DNA of 64,000 bases from assembly GCA_963745035.1 (NCBI GenBank), contig CAVUVW010000021.1, positions 64,001 through 128,000 of the forward strand, read 5' to 3'. Under the pieces are notes generated by a model. It ran no database searches and was not told where the DNA came from. It saw only the letters and a list, made by a program, of their open reading frames with translations. Each line of letters begins with the position of its first letter. The stretch's first letter is position 1. Origin of the DNA: an uncultured delta proteobacterium. GTDB taxonomy: Bacteria > Desulfobacterota > Binatia > UBA9968. Shown piece by piece: positions 10,889 through 20,720 of the stretch. Made by a program: the position numbers and the translations under genes.

Positions 10889-11186
10889 TTTTTTCCTAAC
10901 CGACCGCGCTCCAGCAGATTTTGCCGGAAACTTTCATCTGACTCTTTGTGGAATTATATTCGGTTCGCGGGCAAGGACAACGCAAAACTTGTACCTTGAT
11001 GGCTAGCTAGCGTGGCCGTGTGGTTAGGATTGTATGGTTTCCGATTTTGAGCCTCATCGTGATATCCCTTCAAAACCAAACAAGATCAGCCCGATGCTCA
11101 AGGCAACGGGGATCTGTATAAATCGGATAAACTGTTTGCTTGTTCGGCTCCAAGCCGTGGTAGTGCGGCCTCCAACTGTGCGTTTG

Positions 11187-11220
11187 TGACAGTAAATTCG
11201 GCTGGGCTGTCAGTTTTGTC
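11187..11220. promoter_or_regulatory. Candidate enhancer (UAS) for a sigma54 activator upstream of flp
   Basis: TGACAG-N14-CTGTCA inverted repeat plus a further TGTC, about 100-125 bp upstream of the predicted start site. Confidence 0.35.
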
Positions 11221-11286
11221 AAGCCGAAAAGCATATCTAGCTTCATTCAAATCCGTAGTTCCGTGAAATTCCAGGATTCTCAAGAA

Positions 11287-11302
11287 TGGCATGTGTTCTG
11301 CT
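11287..11302 (+). promoter_or_regulatory. Sigma54 promoter of the flp pilin
   Basis: TGGCATG-TGTT-CTGCT with correct spacing, followed by RBS AAGGGGGTGA and the ATG at 11355. Confidence 0.65.
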
Positions 11303-11354
11303 TGAGCCTTGACCGTATTAAACACAGCTCAATCAGAAAGGGGGTGAACGATTC

Positions 11355-11549
11355 ATGGAACTTCTAAAGCGTTTGCTAGTTGAGGAGGATGGTCAAGGTC
11401 TCGTCGAATATACGTTGATCGTTGTCCTGGTCGCCTTGGTCTTCTGGGTTGCTATTAAAGAAACCGACATCGGTAGTGGTTTGGCCAGCGGCTGGAGCAA
11501 GGTTACCGCTTGCGTCGGTACTCCGACAGCTTGCGATTCAGCTTCGTAA
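11355..11549 (+). CDS. flp: Flp family (type IVc/Tad) major pilin
   Basis: EEDG|QGLVEY prepilin cleavage site with E+5 and Y+6, hydrophobic helix, 64 aa. Confidence 0.95.
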   Translation: MELLKRLLVEEDGQGLVEYTLIVVLVALVFWVAIKETDIGSGLASGWSKVTACVGTPTACDSAS

Positions 11550-11566
11550 ACCACGCTCGGATCACC

Positions 11567-11619
11567 CGAATAGGGGTAGTCCGGGAACGCAGATGGCGTT
11601 CCCTGACTATCCCTACTCG
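11567..11619 (+). other. Long stem-loop downstream of flp
   Basis: 24-bp stem (2 mismatches, 1 G-U), 5-nt loop, no U tract. Confidence 0.7.
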
Positions 11620-11699
11620 CCTCCTGAACAAAATTCGTTGACAAGATTTTCGATGAAGTGTACGCTTCGGCGGTTAATAAATAATGGTGTTTTAAACAA

Positions 11700-12230
11700 T
11701 TGGCTACAGACACGGCTATCTTAGTAATCAGTGGACTGTCGGCATTCTTTGATTTTAAAGTTAGAAGAATCCCGAATTGGCTTATTGCGTCCGGATTGCT
11801 GTGCGGCGTGACGTTGAACGCGATCCAAGGATACAATTTTTTGCTAGGCAGCATATTTGGATTTCTGGTGGGTATTGCTGTGCTCGTGCTTCCTTTCGCG
11901 CTTGGATGGATCGGCGCAGGCGACGTGAAATTTTTTGGCGTCATCGGTGCGCTTTTGGGTATCTCCTGGTTGCCGCGGGTTTTTTTCTATTCTGCAATTA
12001 TTGCCGGGGCAATTGCCGTTGGATATCTGCTGTTTGGTCTCGCAAGTTTATCTCGCCTAAAGGGATTTTGGCTTGATATAAAAACCACCGTTTTGAGTTT
12101 GGGGCATATGTTGCCCGATCCGGTGTATGTCCGAACTGAGGGGGGCTCCGTACCTTGGGGGGTTGCCTTTGCCGCTGGAACAATAATCGCTTACTATGTC
12201 GACCCTAGCGGTCAATGGGCTGGTTTTTGA
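11700..12230 (+). CDS. cpaA: Prepilin peptidase CpaA/TadV (A24 family)
   Basis: FDFKVRRIPNWL, IGAGDVK, VPWGVAF; directly after flp. Confidence 0.92.
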   Translation: MATDTAILVISGLSAFFDFKVRRIPNWLIASGLLCGVTLNAIQGYNFLLGSIFGFLVGIAVLVLPFALGWIGAGDVKFFGVIGALLGISWLPRVFFYSAIIAGAIAVGYLLFGLASLSRLKGFWLDIKTTVLSLGHMLPDPVYVRTEGGSVPWGVAFAAGTIIAYYVDPSGQWAGF

Positions 12231-12250
12231 AATGGGCTGGTTTTTGAAAT
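12214..12250. repeat. Perfect 17-bp tandem duplication over the cpaA stop
   Basis: AATGGGCTGGTTTTTGA at 12214-12230 and 12231-12247. Confidence 0.9.
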
Positions 12251-12308
12251 CGAGGCGAATACCGACCACATTACTTGGCAGACAATAAGGGTAAGATGAG
12301 GAGCTGTT

Positions 12309-13133
12309 ATGCAGAATAGACTTAAAATCGCGCTGGTTGTCGCGGTGTTTTTTGGTCTCATCGCGGCCTATGGGATCTACAACTTTCTTAGCCAGCGACA
12401 AAGAGAGACGGATTCATTGCGGGCTTTGAATCAAAATATCGTCGTGGCGGCGCAGGACATTCCGGCGGGCACAACCCTGAATGACGAGGCGCTTAAAAAG
12501 GGCATAATCAAGACCACGCCTTGGCCAAAAGCTTCAATACCAGCCGGAGCATTTTCTTCTCCCCAACAAGTTTTTGGTAAAGTGAACCGGGTTAAAATCC
12601 TTGCCAACGAGCCGATTGTGGAGTCTCGTCTTGCAGGCGAGGGAGCCGGTCTTACCGTTCGCTTGGAGGCTGGCAAGCGAGCTTTGGCGTTGCGCGTAGA
12701 CGAGATTGTCGGCGTTAGCGGTTTTATTGTTCCCGACGATCGGGTCGACGTGATTCTCACGACAACGCCCCTAGGCGCCGCGCAAGACGCTAAAATTTCA
12801 AAGATCGTCTTGCAAAATAAGCGGGTTTTATCGGTTGCGCAAAGTACCGAGCAAAAGGAGGGGAAGCCTCAACTCGCGCGTTCTATCACGCTGGAGGTTA
12901 CTCCTGAGGAAGCGGAAAAATTGTCGCTTGCGTCTCAAGAAGGACAGATTGTTTTGGCCCTGCGGGGACTTGGGGACGACGCTCAGTTGACAACGATCGG
13001 GAGCAATAAGCGGGACCTGTTATCTCTCGCGGCGGCACCGACCAAAACCGGCGGGCGCCCAACGCAGGCTCCGCCAGACAAGTATCGGGTGGAGGTCATT
13101 CTAGGCAGCAATCGAAATGTGGTGGAATTCTAA
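12309..13133 (+). CDS. cpaB: Flp pilus assembly protein CpaB/RcpC
   Basis: N-terminal TM, SAF domain (VVAAQDIPAG), GVSGFIVPDDRVDV, ITLEVTPEEAEKL, LALR. Confidence 0.95.
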   Translation: MQNRLKIALVVAVFFGLIAAYGIYNFLSQRQRETDSLRALNQNIVVAAQDIPAGTTLNDEALKKGIIKTTPWPKASIPAGAFSSPQQVFGKVNRVKILANEPIVESRLAGEGAGLTVRLEAGKRALALRVDEIVGVSGFIVPDDRVDVILTTTPLGAAQDAKISKIVLQNKRVLSVAQSTEQKEGKPQLARSITLEVTPEEAEKLSLASQEGQIVLALRGLGDDAQLTTIGSNKRDLLSLAAAPTKTGGRPTQAPPDKYRVEVILGSNRNVVEF

Positions 13134-14678
13134 ATGGGAAGGGGAGAGTTCATGAGACACTGTTGTTTGGTCCGGGGGCGGCTAAATAAGGTAGTCAGTT
13201 TGGCGGCAGTCTGCTTGTGGGCTGCATTGGTCTCCGTAGCAGCAGCACAGCCGCAGGCCGCGCCGGCGATTACCGTCACGGTTAATAAGTCGATGGTATT
13301 TCGTCTCGCTGAGAAAGCCAAGCGCGTCTCGGTTTCGCAGCCGCAGGTAGCCGATGTGCTTGTCGTCGCGCCAAGCCAGTTGCTGATCAACGGTAAGAAC
13401 GTCGGTACCACATCGTTGATTATTTTTGATGAAAAGGGGGAAGTCTCAAACTACGACTTGATCGTGGCACCAGACATCGCTGCCCTGCGCGGCCAGCTAA
13501 GATCGGTGTTTCCCGAGGAGAAGGTTGAAATTTCCACTTCTGGTCCTTCTCTCGTGCTGCGAGGAGAGGTGTCGAACGAGACGGTTTACGACAGAGTGCT
13601 AGAGGTCGCCGCAACCTATCTGCCGCCGAAGCCACCGGCGCAGGTAGCTCCTTCGACGAGTCAGTCGCTCACATTTGGAGCTGCTCCTCAGGCCCAGATT
13701 AAATCCTCTGGCGTAGGATTTGCCGGAGGTGGGAATCTGGCCTTTGAGGAAGAAGGTTCAATAACGGACCCCTATCGTTGGGCCGACAAAAAGCAAATCG
13801 ATGGAATTATCGACCTGCTAGTGATCCGGGAGATGCGGCAAATTGAGCTCGACGTCATCGTCGCCGAAGTCGCGACGACGAAATTGAGAGACGTCGGCTT
13901 TGATATTCTTCAAAGCGGCAGAAATTTCAACAGCGCTTCACTCGTCGGCAGCCAAGCCTTTGGCTTATTACAGCCGGGCTCTAATGTGGACGCAGCGTCT
14001 CCGCTGGGTTTTAATTTACCCGCGACTTCAGGGATTTTCCGCTACGTCAACGGGTCCTATGCTTTAACCACGCTGTACCGAATGCTCCAGAACAAAAACG
14101 TGAGCCAGATTCTCGCGCAACCAAGACTCGTAACCAAGAACGGACGGAGCGCAGGCTTTCTGGCCGGAGGTGAATTTCCGGTTGTAGCCGTAACGGCGAA
14201 TACGTTTGGCGTTCTCTTCAAGCCCTTCGGTGTTCGCCTCGATTTCATTCCCACTTTGACGTGGTCGGATCGTATCGACTTGCGAATATTTCCCGAAGTA
14301 AGTCAAATCAGCTCCACGGTCGTTAACGGTGTTCCTGGCGTCGAGGTTCGACGCACGGTGAGTCGGGTTGAAATGAAAGAGGGGGAGAGCCTGATTATCG
14401 GGGGATTATTGGACCGGCGAATTTCCAAGGACCTGACAAAGTTTCCGGTCTTGGGCGATATCCCCGTTTTGGGCACGCTTTTCAGAAGCACTAAATTCGC
14501 CAACGAAGAGTCGGAGCTGGTATTCGTGATCACGCCGAGAGTCGTCCGCGCGTTCAAGCCGGGCGAGAGACCGCAGCTCCCAGCGATAGAAAAATACGAT
14601 GATCCAGACATCCGTCAGGTACCAGTCCCGGGCGGCGCGGCGGAGAAAAGACCGGCTCCGGGCGCTTCCATGCCGTGA
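13134..14678 (+). CDS. cpaC: Tad secretin CpaC/RcpA (start may be 13152)
   Basis: N domain (VSVSQPQVADV, GTTSL), FLAGGEFP, KPFGVRLDF, PVLGDIPVLGTLFRS, ELVFVITP. Confidence 0.93.
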   Translation: MGRGEFMRHCCLVRGRLNKVVSLAAVCLWAALVSVAAAQPQAAPAITVTVNKSMVFRLAEKAKRVSVSQPQVADVLVVAPSQLLINGKNVGTTSLIIFDEKGEVSNYDLIVAPDIAALRGQLRSVFPEEKVEISTSGPSLVLRGEVSNETVYDRVLEVAATYLPPKPPAQVAPSTSQSLTFGAAPQAQIKSSGVGFAGGGNLAFEEEGSITDPYRWADKKQIDGIIDLLVIREMRQIELDVIVAEVATTKLRDVGFDILQSGRNFNSASLVGSQAFGLLQPGSNVDAASPLGFNLPATSGIFRYVNGSYALTTLYRMLQNKNVSQILAQPRLVTKNGRSAGFLAGGEFPVVAVTANTFGVLFKPFGVRLDFIPTLTWSDRIDLRIFPEVSQISSTVVNGVPGVEVRRTVSRVEMKEGESLIIGGLLDRRISKDLTKFPVLGDIPVLGTLFRSTKFANEESELVFVITPRVVRAFKPGERPQLPAIEKYDDPDIRQVPVPGGAAEKRPAPGASMP

Positions 14679-14707
14679 GTAGCCCATAGCATAACTTGCA
14701 TGAAATC

Positions 14708-15928
14708 ATGAAGCTACCTGTCGTTCTAGTCGGAGAAGATAGCCTTGCATTGGCCTCTTTGAGGCAGCAGCTCGAAAGAGAGCCATCCGTTTCGATCGAG
14801 CCGAAAACATACGGTTATGGCGAGGCTTTCGAAGGGTTAAAAACGCGCAACGCTCCGGTTGTTGCTGTCGTGGATATCAATCTCGACCCCGAGCGCGCGT
14901 TCCAGGTCGCGGAGCAGATTAAGTTAAGATTGAATAGTGTGCGATTGGTGATGACTTCGCCGACGGGAGCTCCCGAAACAATCTTACGCGCTATGCGTTC
15001 GGGCGCCGAAGAGTTTTTGACGCAGCCTTTTAATTGGACCGAGTGTCTCAAATCGTTGGATACGATCCGCAAGAAAATCGACGTTCATACCACAAAATCA
15101 GTCGAACGCGGACATATTATCGCTGTTTCTTCGAACAAGGGCGGGGTCGGTTCAACCACTGCGGCAACCAATTTGGCCGCGTGTCTTGTGGCGCAAAATA
15201 GGTCTGTTTGCTTGGTCGATTTGGTCCTCCAGTTTGGTTCCGTGACGAGTTTTCTCAATATTGAGGCCTCCTATACAATTTTAGATTTGGTCAAGAACCT
15301 AAAGCGCATCGATCCCCTCTTTTTGGACGGCTCTCTGGTGAAGCATGCTTCTGGAATCAGGATTCTTGCCGAGCCGTTTTATGCCGAGGACGCGCGGCGT
15401 ATCACCCCTGCCGACATCGACGAGATCCTCGAAGTTTTGGCCCAATCCTTTGACTTTGTCGTCGTTGACACGCCCAAAGAATTTGATGATATGCTCGCCT
15501 TGGTGCTGGATAAATCGAACTTGATCCTCTTCATTACTGAAATGGACGTGCCCTCGCTGAAGAGCGCCCACCGAGCGTTGGAACTGTTTGAGCGCATGGG
15601 AATTTACGACAAGAAGATTCGGTTGATTTTAAACCGCTACGTGAAAAGCAAGTTGATGACGCTGGAGTCGGTGGAGAAGGCATTGGGCGTGAAGGTTTTT
15701 TGGACTTTACCGAACAACTATCCGGTGGCGATTGCAGCGGTCAATCAAGGCTTATCAATAGAAGAATGCGATGCGCGCTCTGATATCGCAAAAAGTTATC
15801 TGGGGTTGACCGAGTCGGTCTTGAGCACCTTCATGTTTTCCGGCGCATCTCGGGCTGATACAGCGGAGGATAAGAGGGCCGGTTTTCTAGGGCGATTGCT
15901 ACCGCCAGTGCGCGGCTTAACCAAGTAA
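14708..15928 (+). CDS. cpaE: CpaE/TadZ pseudo-receiver plus MinD/ParA-like ATPase
   Basis: AMRSGAEEFL receiver-like region, KGGVGSTT deviant Walker A, VDLVLQFG, VVDTP. Confidence 0.92.
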   Translation: MKLPVVLVGEDSLALASLRQQLEREPSVSIEPKTYGYGEAFEGLKTRNAPVVAVVDINLDPERAFQVAEQIKLRLNSVRLVMTSPTGAPETILRAMRSGAEEFLTQPFNWTECLKSLDTIRKKIDVHTTKSVERGHIIAVSSNKGGVGSTTAATNLAACLVAQNRSVCLVDLVLQFGSVTSFLNIEASYTILDLVKNLKRIDPLFLDGSLVKHASGIRILAEPFYAEDARRITPADIDEILEVLAQSFDFVVVDTPKEFDDMLALVLDKSNLILFITEMDVPSLKSAHRALELFERMGIYDKKIRLILNRYVKSKLMTLESVEKALGVKVFWTLPNNYPVAIAAVNQGLSIEECDARSDIAKSYLGLTESVLSTFMFSGASRADTAEDKRAGFLGRLLPPVRGLTK

Positions 15929-15940
15929 AGGGCTAGTGCA

Positions 15941-17422
15941 ATGAAAAATCCATCTTTTGACACCGACAAGGACCGTTGGGAATCCGACAGGAGTGCCGGC
16001 GATGGGCCGCGGGGTCCGTTCCGATCGCTCCAGACAACCAGTCCTGACGTAATTTTGCAGGATCTCAGGCTTCGAATTCACCGCCGCCTTATCGATACGT
16101 TGGATCTCTCCAAGTTGTCCAATTTGGAAATGGAGCGAGTGAGGGTGGAGATCCGCCGCATTCTTGAAGACATGGTCATGGCGGAAGCGATCCCTTTAAG
16201 CCGGTCGGACCGCGACCGCCTCGTCATGGAAGTTCAGCACGAGGTATTTGGCCTCGGACCACTCGAGACTTTAATGAAAGATCCGGAAATCTCGGATATC
16301 CTGGTTAATTCGTCAAGTCAAATCTACGTTGAGCGCTACGGCAAGCTTGAGAAAACCGACGTGCGGTTTCGTGACGACGCCCATTTGATGCAAATTATTG
16401 AGCGCATCGTAACTCGCGTTGGCCGACGCGTGGATGAAAGTTCGCCGATGGTAGACGCCCGACTGTCGGACGGCTCGCGTGTCAACGCGATCATTCCGCC
16501 GCTGGCCCTCGATGGCCCAGTCCTATCGATTCGTCGTTTCGGCGCCGAGCGGTTGACGATCAACGACTTGATTCAGTTCAATTCCATACCGCCGCAAATT
16601 GCCGAAGTCGCCGCTGCCTGCGTCAAATCGCGCCTCAATATGATCGTCTCGGGAGGTACCGGCGCCGGCAAAACGACGCTGCTCAATTGCTTGTCGAATT
16701 ATATTCCCGAAAACGAACGAATCGTCACCATTGAAGACTCGGCTGAGTTAAAGCTGCAGCAAGAGCATGTAGTGCGGCTGGAAACCCGACCTCCGAACAT
16801 CGAGGGGCAGGGCTCGGTGACGGCCCGGGATTTGGTTCGAAATGCGCTCCGCATGAGACCTGATCGAATCGTTATCGGCGAGGTGCGCGGTGGCGAGGCG
16901 CTCGACATGATGCAGGCCATGAACACCGGCCATGACGGGTCGATCAGCACCATTCACGCCAATAGCGCCCGTGATGCGCTTTCCCGGCTCGAAACCATGA
17001 TGCTTATGGCGGGTATCAACTTGCCGGAGCGGGCTCTGCGCGAGCAAGCCGCCTCGGCGATTGATGTCATTGTTCAGTTGACCAGATTGACTGACGGCAG
17101 CAGGAAAGTCGTCGAATTTTCCGAAGTCACCGGCATGGAAGGCAATACGATCACAACGCAGACCATTTTCAAATTTGAACAGCGCGGCATCGAGAACGGC
17201 AAGGTAGTCGGTGAGTTCGTTGCCACCGGAGTGATGCCATCGTTTATGGATCGACTGGAGCGTTATGGCTTCCGGATCCCCAACAGCCATTTTCTGCCGG
17301 TAACGATGGGCGCGACAAGAGAAGAGCGTTATGAGCCTGCTCATCATCAGCATATTTGCATTTTTGTCTGCCGTATCGCTGATTGTTATCCTGTTCATGC
17401 TGCCGATGGCCGTGCAGGATAG
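15941..17422 (+). CDS. cpaF: CpaF/TadA pilus ATPase (true stop probably near 17325)
   Basis: [45 protein letters not shown]. Confidence 0.96.
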   Translation: MKNPSFDTDKDRWESDRSAGDGPRGPFRSLQTTSPDVILQDLRLRIHRRLIDTLDLSKLSNLEMERVRVEIRRILEDMVMAEAIPLSRSDRDRLVMEVQHEVFGLGPLETLMKDPEISDILVNSSSQIYVERYGKLEKTDVRFRDDAHLMQIIERIVTRVGRRVDESSPMVDARLSDGSRVNAIIPPLALDGPVLSIRRFGAERLTINDLIQFNSIPPQIAEVAAACVKSRLNMIVSGGTGAGKTTLLNCLSNYIPENERIVTIEDSAELKLQQEHVVRLETRPPNIEGQGSVTARDLVRNALRMRPDRIVIGEVRGGEALDMMQAMNTGHDGSISTIHANSARDALSRLETMMLMAGINLPERALREQAASAIDVIVQLTRLTDGSRKVVEFSEVTGMEGNTITTQTIFKFEQRGIENGKVVGEFVATGVMPSFMDRLERYGFRIPNSHFLPVTMGATREERYEPAHHQHICIFVCRIADCYPVHAADGRAG

Positions 17423-18305
17423 TCCGCAGGCGCGAATCAAGCGCCGTCTCACGACAATTGGGCGTTTAGACCGCGCATCGAGAGCCGAAGTGCAGAATAT
17501 TTTGAAAACTGCGGTTTACAGCGAAGTTCCGTGGATCCATAATATTTTGTCGCGCATCAAATTTGTCCAGAAGATCGATCTGTTGCTGGAACGGGGTAAT
17601 CTCGACATGACGCCCGGCGTGTTCCTGCTGTGCTCAATTGGGGCCGCCGGCGTCACCTTTTTTCTGGCTTCGATTATCGGTCAACCCACGTCGATAAGTT
17701 TTATTTTTGCTTTGATCGCGCTGTGCTGTCCCTATATTTATTTGCAATTCGTGATCTGGAAACGGCTTAGAAAATTTCTTGAGCAATTTCCCGATGGTCT
17801 GGACATGATCAGCCAGAGCCTTCAAGCCGGATTGGGATTGACCCAGTCGATGGTCTTTGTCGCCAAAGAAATGCCTGATCCATTGGGCACCGAATTTTCG
17901 GTTTTTATCGAAGAGGTGAATTTAGGTCTACCCCTTGCCGAAGCCCTGAAAAAGTTCGAGGAGCGCATGAACCTGCCTGAAGTGCGGCTATTCAATACCG
18001 CGCTTATGGTGCAGCGCGAAGTCGGCGGCAGTCTTGCCGAGCTGCTGAACAAACTGTCGAATATTATTCGCGATCGCTTCCGCATAGAGCGGTTGATCAA
18101 GAGCTTGACCGCGCAGAACCGCATCAGCGCTTGGACGGTCTGCTCCGTTCCGCCATTTCTCGCTGTGTTCATGTTCATGCGGGAGCCCGTGATGATGAAC
18201 AAAATGATGCAGCATCCTGTCGGACGGGGCATGCTGGCGGCAGCGCTGGTTCTGGAAGTCGTCGGCATCCTGGTATTCCGCAAGATCATCAAGATCAATA
18301 TTTAG
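17331..18305 (+). CDS. tadB: TadB inner-membrane platform protein (T2SSF domain)
   Basis: [35 protein letters not shown]. Confidence 0.93.
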   Translation: MSLLIISIFAFLSAVSLIVILFMLPMAVQDSPQARIKRRLTTIGRLDRASRAEVQNILKTAVYSEVPWIHNILSRIKFVQKIDLLLERGNLDMTPGVFLLCSIGAAGVTFFLASIIGQPTSISFIFALIALCCPYIYLQFVIWKRLRKFLEQFPDGLDMISQSLQAGLGLTQSMVFVAKEMPDPLGTEFSVFIEEVNLGLPLAEALKKFEERMNLPEVRLFNTALMVQREVGGSLAELLNKLSNIIRDRFRIERLIKSLTAQNRISAWTVCSVPPFLAVFMFMREPVMMNKMMQHPVGRGMLAAALVLEVVGILVFRKIIKINI

Positions 18306-18313
18306 GGAACGCG

Positions 18314-19243
18314 ATGGCACTTTTAATTGCGATCGGATTTTTTGGCCTGATATCGGCGGTCGTTTATTTTCTGCTCGCCGCCCGAGCACCGGTCTCCGAC
18401 GACGCTATCCAGAGACGCCTGGAAAATATCGGCCTTCAGACCGAATCAAGAACGCAGTTCAAGCTCCACGAAGAGGAGGAGCTAACCTTTTGGGAGCGCG
18501 TCGCGAATTTCTTTTTCGGCGACCGCGAGCTTCCCGAGAGATTCAACATGGCCAGCCAGCGCTTGCACCAGGCAGGTTACCGCGGCAATCGAGCCATCCG
18601 AATCTTTTGGGGTCTTAGGATTTTTCTGTGCATTGCGTTCGGTTTCGCCGGGTTGTTGTTGGCGCTGACCAAGAATGCATCGATGTCCGATTTGTTCCTG
18701 CTCGTCGGGGCTGGTTCCATTACCGGTTACATGTTGCCCATGCTCACGGTGTTCCGTAAATCGAGAGCCAGGGTACGCGAAATGCGCAATACTCTGCCGG
18801 ATACGCTTGATTTGATCGTGGTTTGCGTGGAGGCCGGCATGGGCGTCGATGCTGCTCTGAATCGCGTCGGCCGGGAGCAGAACTCACAAGGTATGGCGCT
18901 AGGCGAAGAACTCGTTCTCGCTACCCAAGAAATGCAGGCAGGAGCGGTTCGCAAGGATGCCTTGCTGCGGCTCGCTGAGAGAGTCGGCATCGACGAGTTT
19001 AGGGCCTTGGTAACGTTTCTCACGCAAACCGAGGAAATGGGCGGCAGCATCGCCCGCTCGCTGCGAGTTTATGCCGAGACTATGCGAGACAAGCGCAGCC
19101 AGGCGGCCGAAGAAGCGGCCCGCAAGACCGTTATCAAGTTGATTTTTCCTCTGGTGTTTTTTATTCTTCCGGCGATTTTTATCATTCTCCTGGGCCCTCC
19201 GGGCTTGGGAATTATGGAAATGCTTTCCGATCCTTTGCGTTAG
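18314..19243 (+). CDS. tadC: TadC inner-membrane platform protein
   Basis: LPDTLDLIVVCVEAG, AEEAARK, KLIFPLVFFILP. Confidence 0.93.
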   Translation: MALLIAIGFFGLISAVVYFLLAARAPVSDDAIQRRLENIGLQTESRTQFKLHEEEELTFWERVANFFFGDRELPERFNMASQRLHQAGYRGNRAIRIFWGLRIFLCIAFGFAGLLLALTKNASMSDLFLLVGAGSITGYMLPMLTVFRKSRARVREMRNTLPDTLDLIVVCVEAGMGVDAALNRVGREQNSQGMALGEELVLATQEMQAGAVRKDALLRLAERVGIDEFRALVTFLTQTEEMGGSIARSLRVYAETMRDKRSQAAEEAARKTVIKLIFPLVFFILPAIFIILLGPPGLGIMEMLSDPLR

Positions 19244-19254
19244 GAACTGAAGTC

Positions 19255-19653
19255 GTGCCGATCATCAATCTGACCAAGGAAACCTGGCTTGCCACAAAGG
19301 TGCGCAAGGCAGATAATTTTCTCACTCGCTTGGTTGGGTTGCTAAAGCGAACGCATCTCGGGCCGGAAGAAGCTCTGTGGCTGATGCCGAGCAAGGGAAT
19401 TCATACCATCGGAATGAAGTTTCCCATCGATGTCGTGTTTTTGACGAAGAGGAATGAAGTTATCGGTTTGATTTCCGGACTGGCGCCTTATCGGATCAGC
19501 GCGGTTCATCTACGGGGCTACAGCGTCATCGAGTTGCCCAACGGCACAATTAAAAAATCCCACACCGAACTTGGCGACAAACTCGAAATCTCCTTAGCGG
19601 AAGTGTCTGAAATGGACGATCTCAAAGACACGCGCTTGAGTCAGATCGGATAG
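19255..19653 (+). CDS. DUF192 family protein
   Basis: ADNFLTRLVGLL, IHTIGMKFPIDVVFL, VIELP. Confidence 0.88.
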   Translation: MPIINLTKETWLATKVRKADNFLTRLVGLLKRTHLGPEEALWLMPSKGIHTIGMKFPIDVVFLTKRNEVIGLISGLAPYRISAVHLRGYSVIELPNGTIKKSHTELGDKLEISLAEVSEMDDLKDTRLSQIG

Positions 19654-19701
19654 TTTGCCTCAATGGCGCAAATCTGTTAAGCAACGTCCGCAGGTTTGAT
19701 C

Positions 19702-20208
19702 ATGGGCAAAAAAAATCCACGTAGGTGGTCGATTTCTTTGCAGAAATGTCCTTGTTTTGCCAATAAGGGGCAAGCAGCGGTTGAGTTTACCCTCGTTTTT
19801 ATTCTCCTTGTAATCATCGCTTGGATCCCTGCTGACTTTGGGTTGGCATTCTACACCGGCCAAATAGCTCAGAACGCCGTCCGAGAGGGTGCTAGGATTG
19901 CTGCCGCCGATCCGACACTAGCGGCAACTAACACCACATGTGGACCTCCCCTCTCCTCCTGTTTCGGTTTTGGTAATATTTTTAATGAAACTGCAGTCCG
20001 TTTGCCTTCGGCGCTAATGGGCTCATCTACTCAAATTGCGGTCAGTTACCCGGCGGCTGGTTCATCAGCTTGCAACCAGTTGGTGAGTGTCAGCGTCTCC
20101 GGCCAGTATCCGTTTTTTTTCTACAAGATACTTCGCTTTATCGGAATCGATGTAAACATTCCAACCATACAGCGCTCAAGCATTATGAGGTGGGAGCACA
20201 CATGCTGA
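19702..20208 (+). CDS. tadE: TadE-like minor pilin
   Basis: KG|QAAVEF, AQNAVREGAR. Confidence 0.88.
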   Translation: MGKKNPRRWSISLQKCPCFANKGQAAVEFTLVFILLVIIAWIPADFGLAFYTGQIAQNAVREGARIAAADPTLAATNTTCGPPLSSCFGFGNIFNETAVRLPSALMGSSTQIAVSYPAAGSSACNQLVSVSVSGQYPFFFYKILRFIGIDVNIPTIQRSSIMRWEHTC

Positions 20209-20696
20209 GGACTGGTTTTCTGCCGAAAGTCTTAAACCGGAAGGGACAGAGCATTGTCGAGTTGGCATTAATCACTCCTCTACTTTTGGTGGCCTTGTAC
20301 GTCCCGGCCGATTTCGGCGTAGCCTTTTCAGTCGCACATCTAACCCAGAATGCCGTGCGAGAAGCAGCCCGCAGAGGAGCGTCTACCGATCCCTTTGATA
20401 TTGCCGCAAGTACCGCTATTAAGAACGACGCTCTTATTAAAATCCCGGCGTGGTTCGGAGGCTCGAAAACCGCAACGGTTACTTTTCATGCAGACGGAGC
20501 GGCGGATTGCGCCCGGTTTGTCCAGGTCACCGGGGGAGGAACCTACGATTACTTTCTTTATAGGGTCATGTACCTTTTTGGTTTTTCCCCTCCGGACAAT
20601 CAGCAAATTATACGCACAGCGCGTATGCGTTATGCCGCTCAGCCGGCTACATACCATGCACCCTGTAGCGACACTCCGACGATTACCTCGCCTTAG
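20202..20696 (+). CDS. tadE: Second TadE-like minor pilin
   Basis: KG|QSIVELA, TQNAVREAARR. Confidence 0.88.
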   Translation: MLRTGFLPKVLNRKGQSIVELALITPLLLVALYVPADFGVAFSVAHLTQNAVREAARRGASTDPFDIAASTAIKNDALIKIPAWFGGSKTATVTFHADGAADCARFVQVTGGGTYDYFLYRVMYLFGFSPPDNQQIIRTARMRYAAQPATYHAPCSDTPTITSP

Positions 20697-20720
20697 CGGA
20701 GTTTGTTAAGGAGATTTGAA

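Noticed and set aside
11098-11325. 75-aa minus-strand ORF in the flp/DGC divergent region
   Set aside because: It overlaps the flp sigma54 promoter and candidate UAS and has no recognisable features
17320-17422. 92-nt cpaF/tadB overlap as a real C-terminal extension
   Set aside because: The tail is just the alternative frame of tadB; a lost stop near 17320 is more likely
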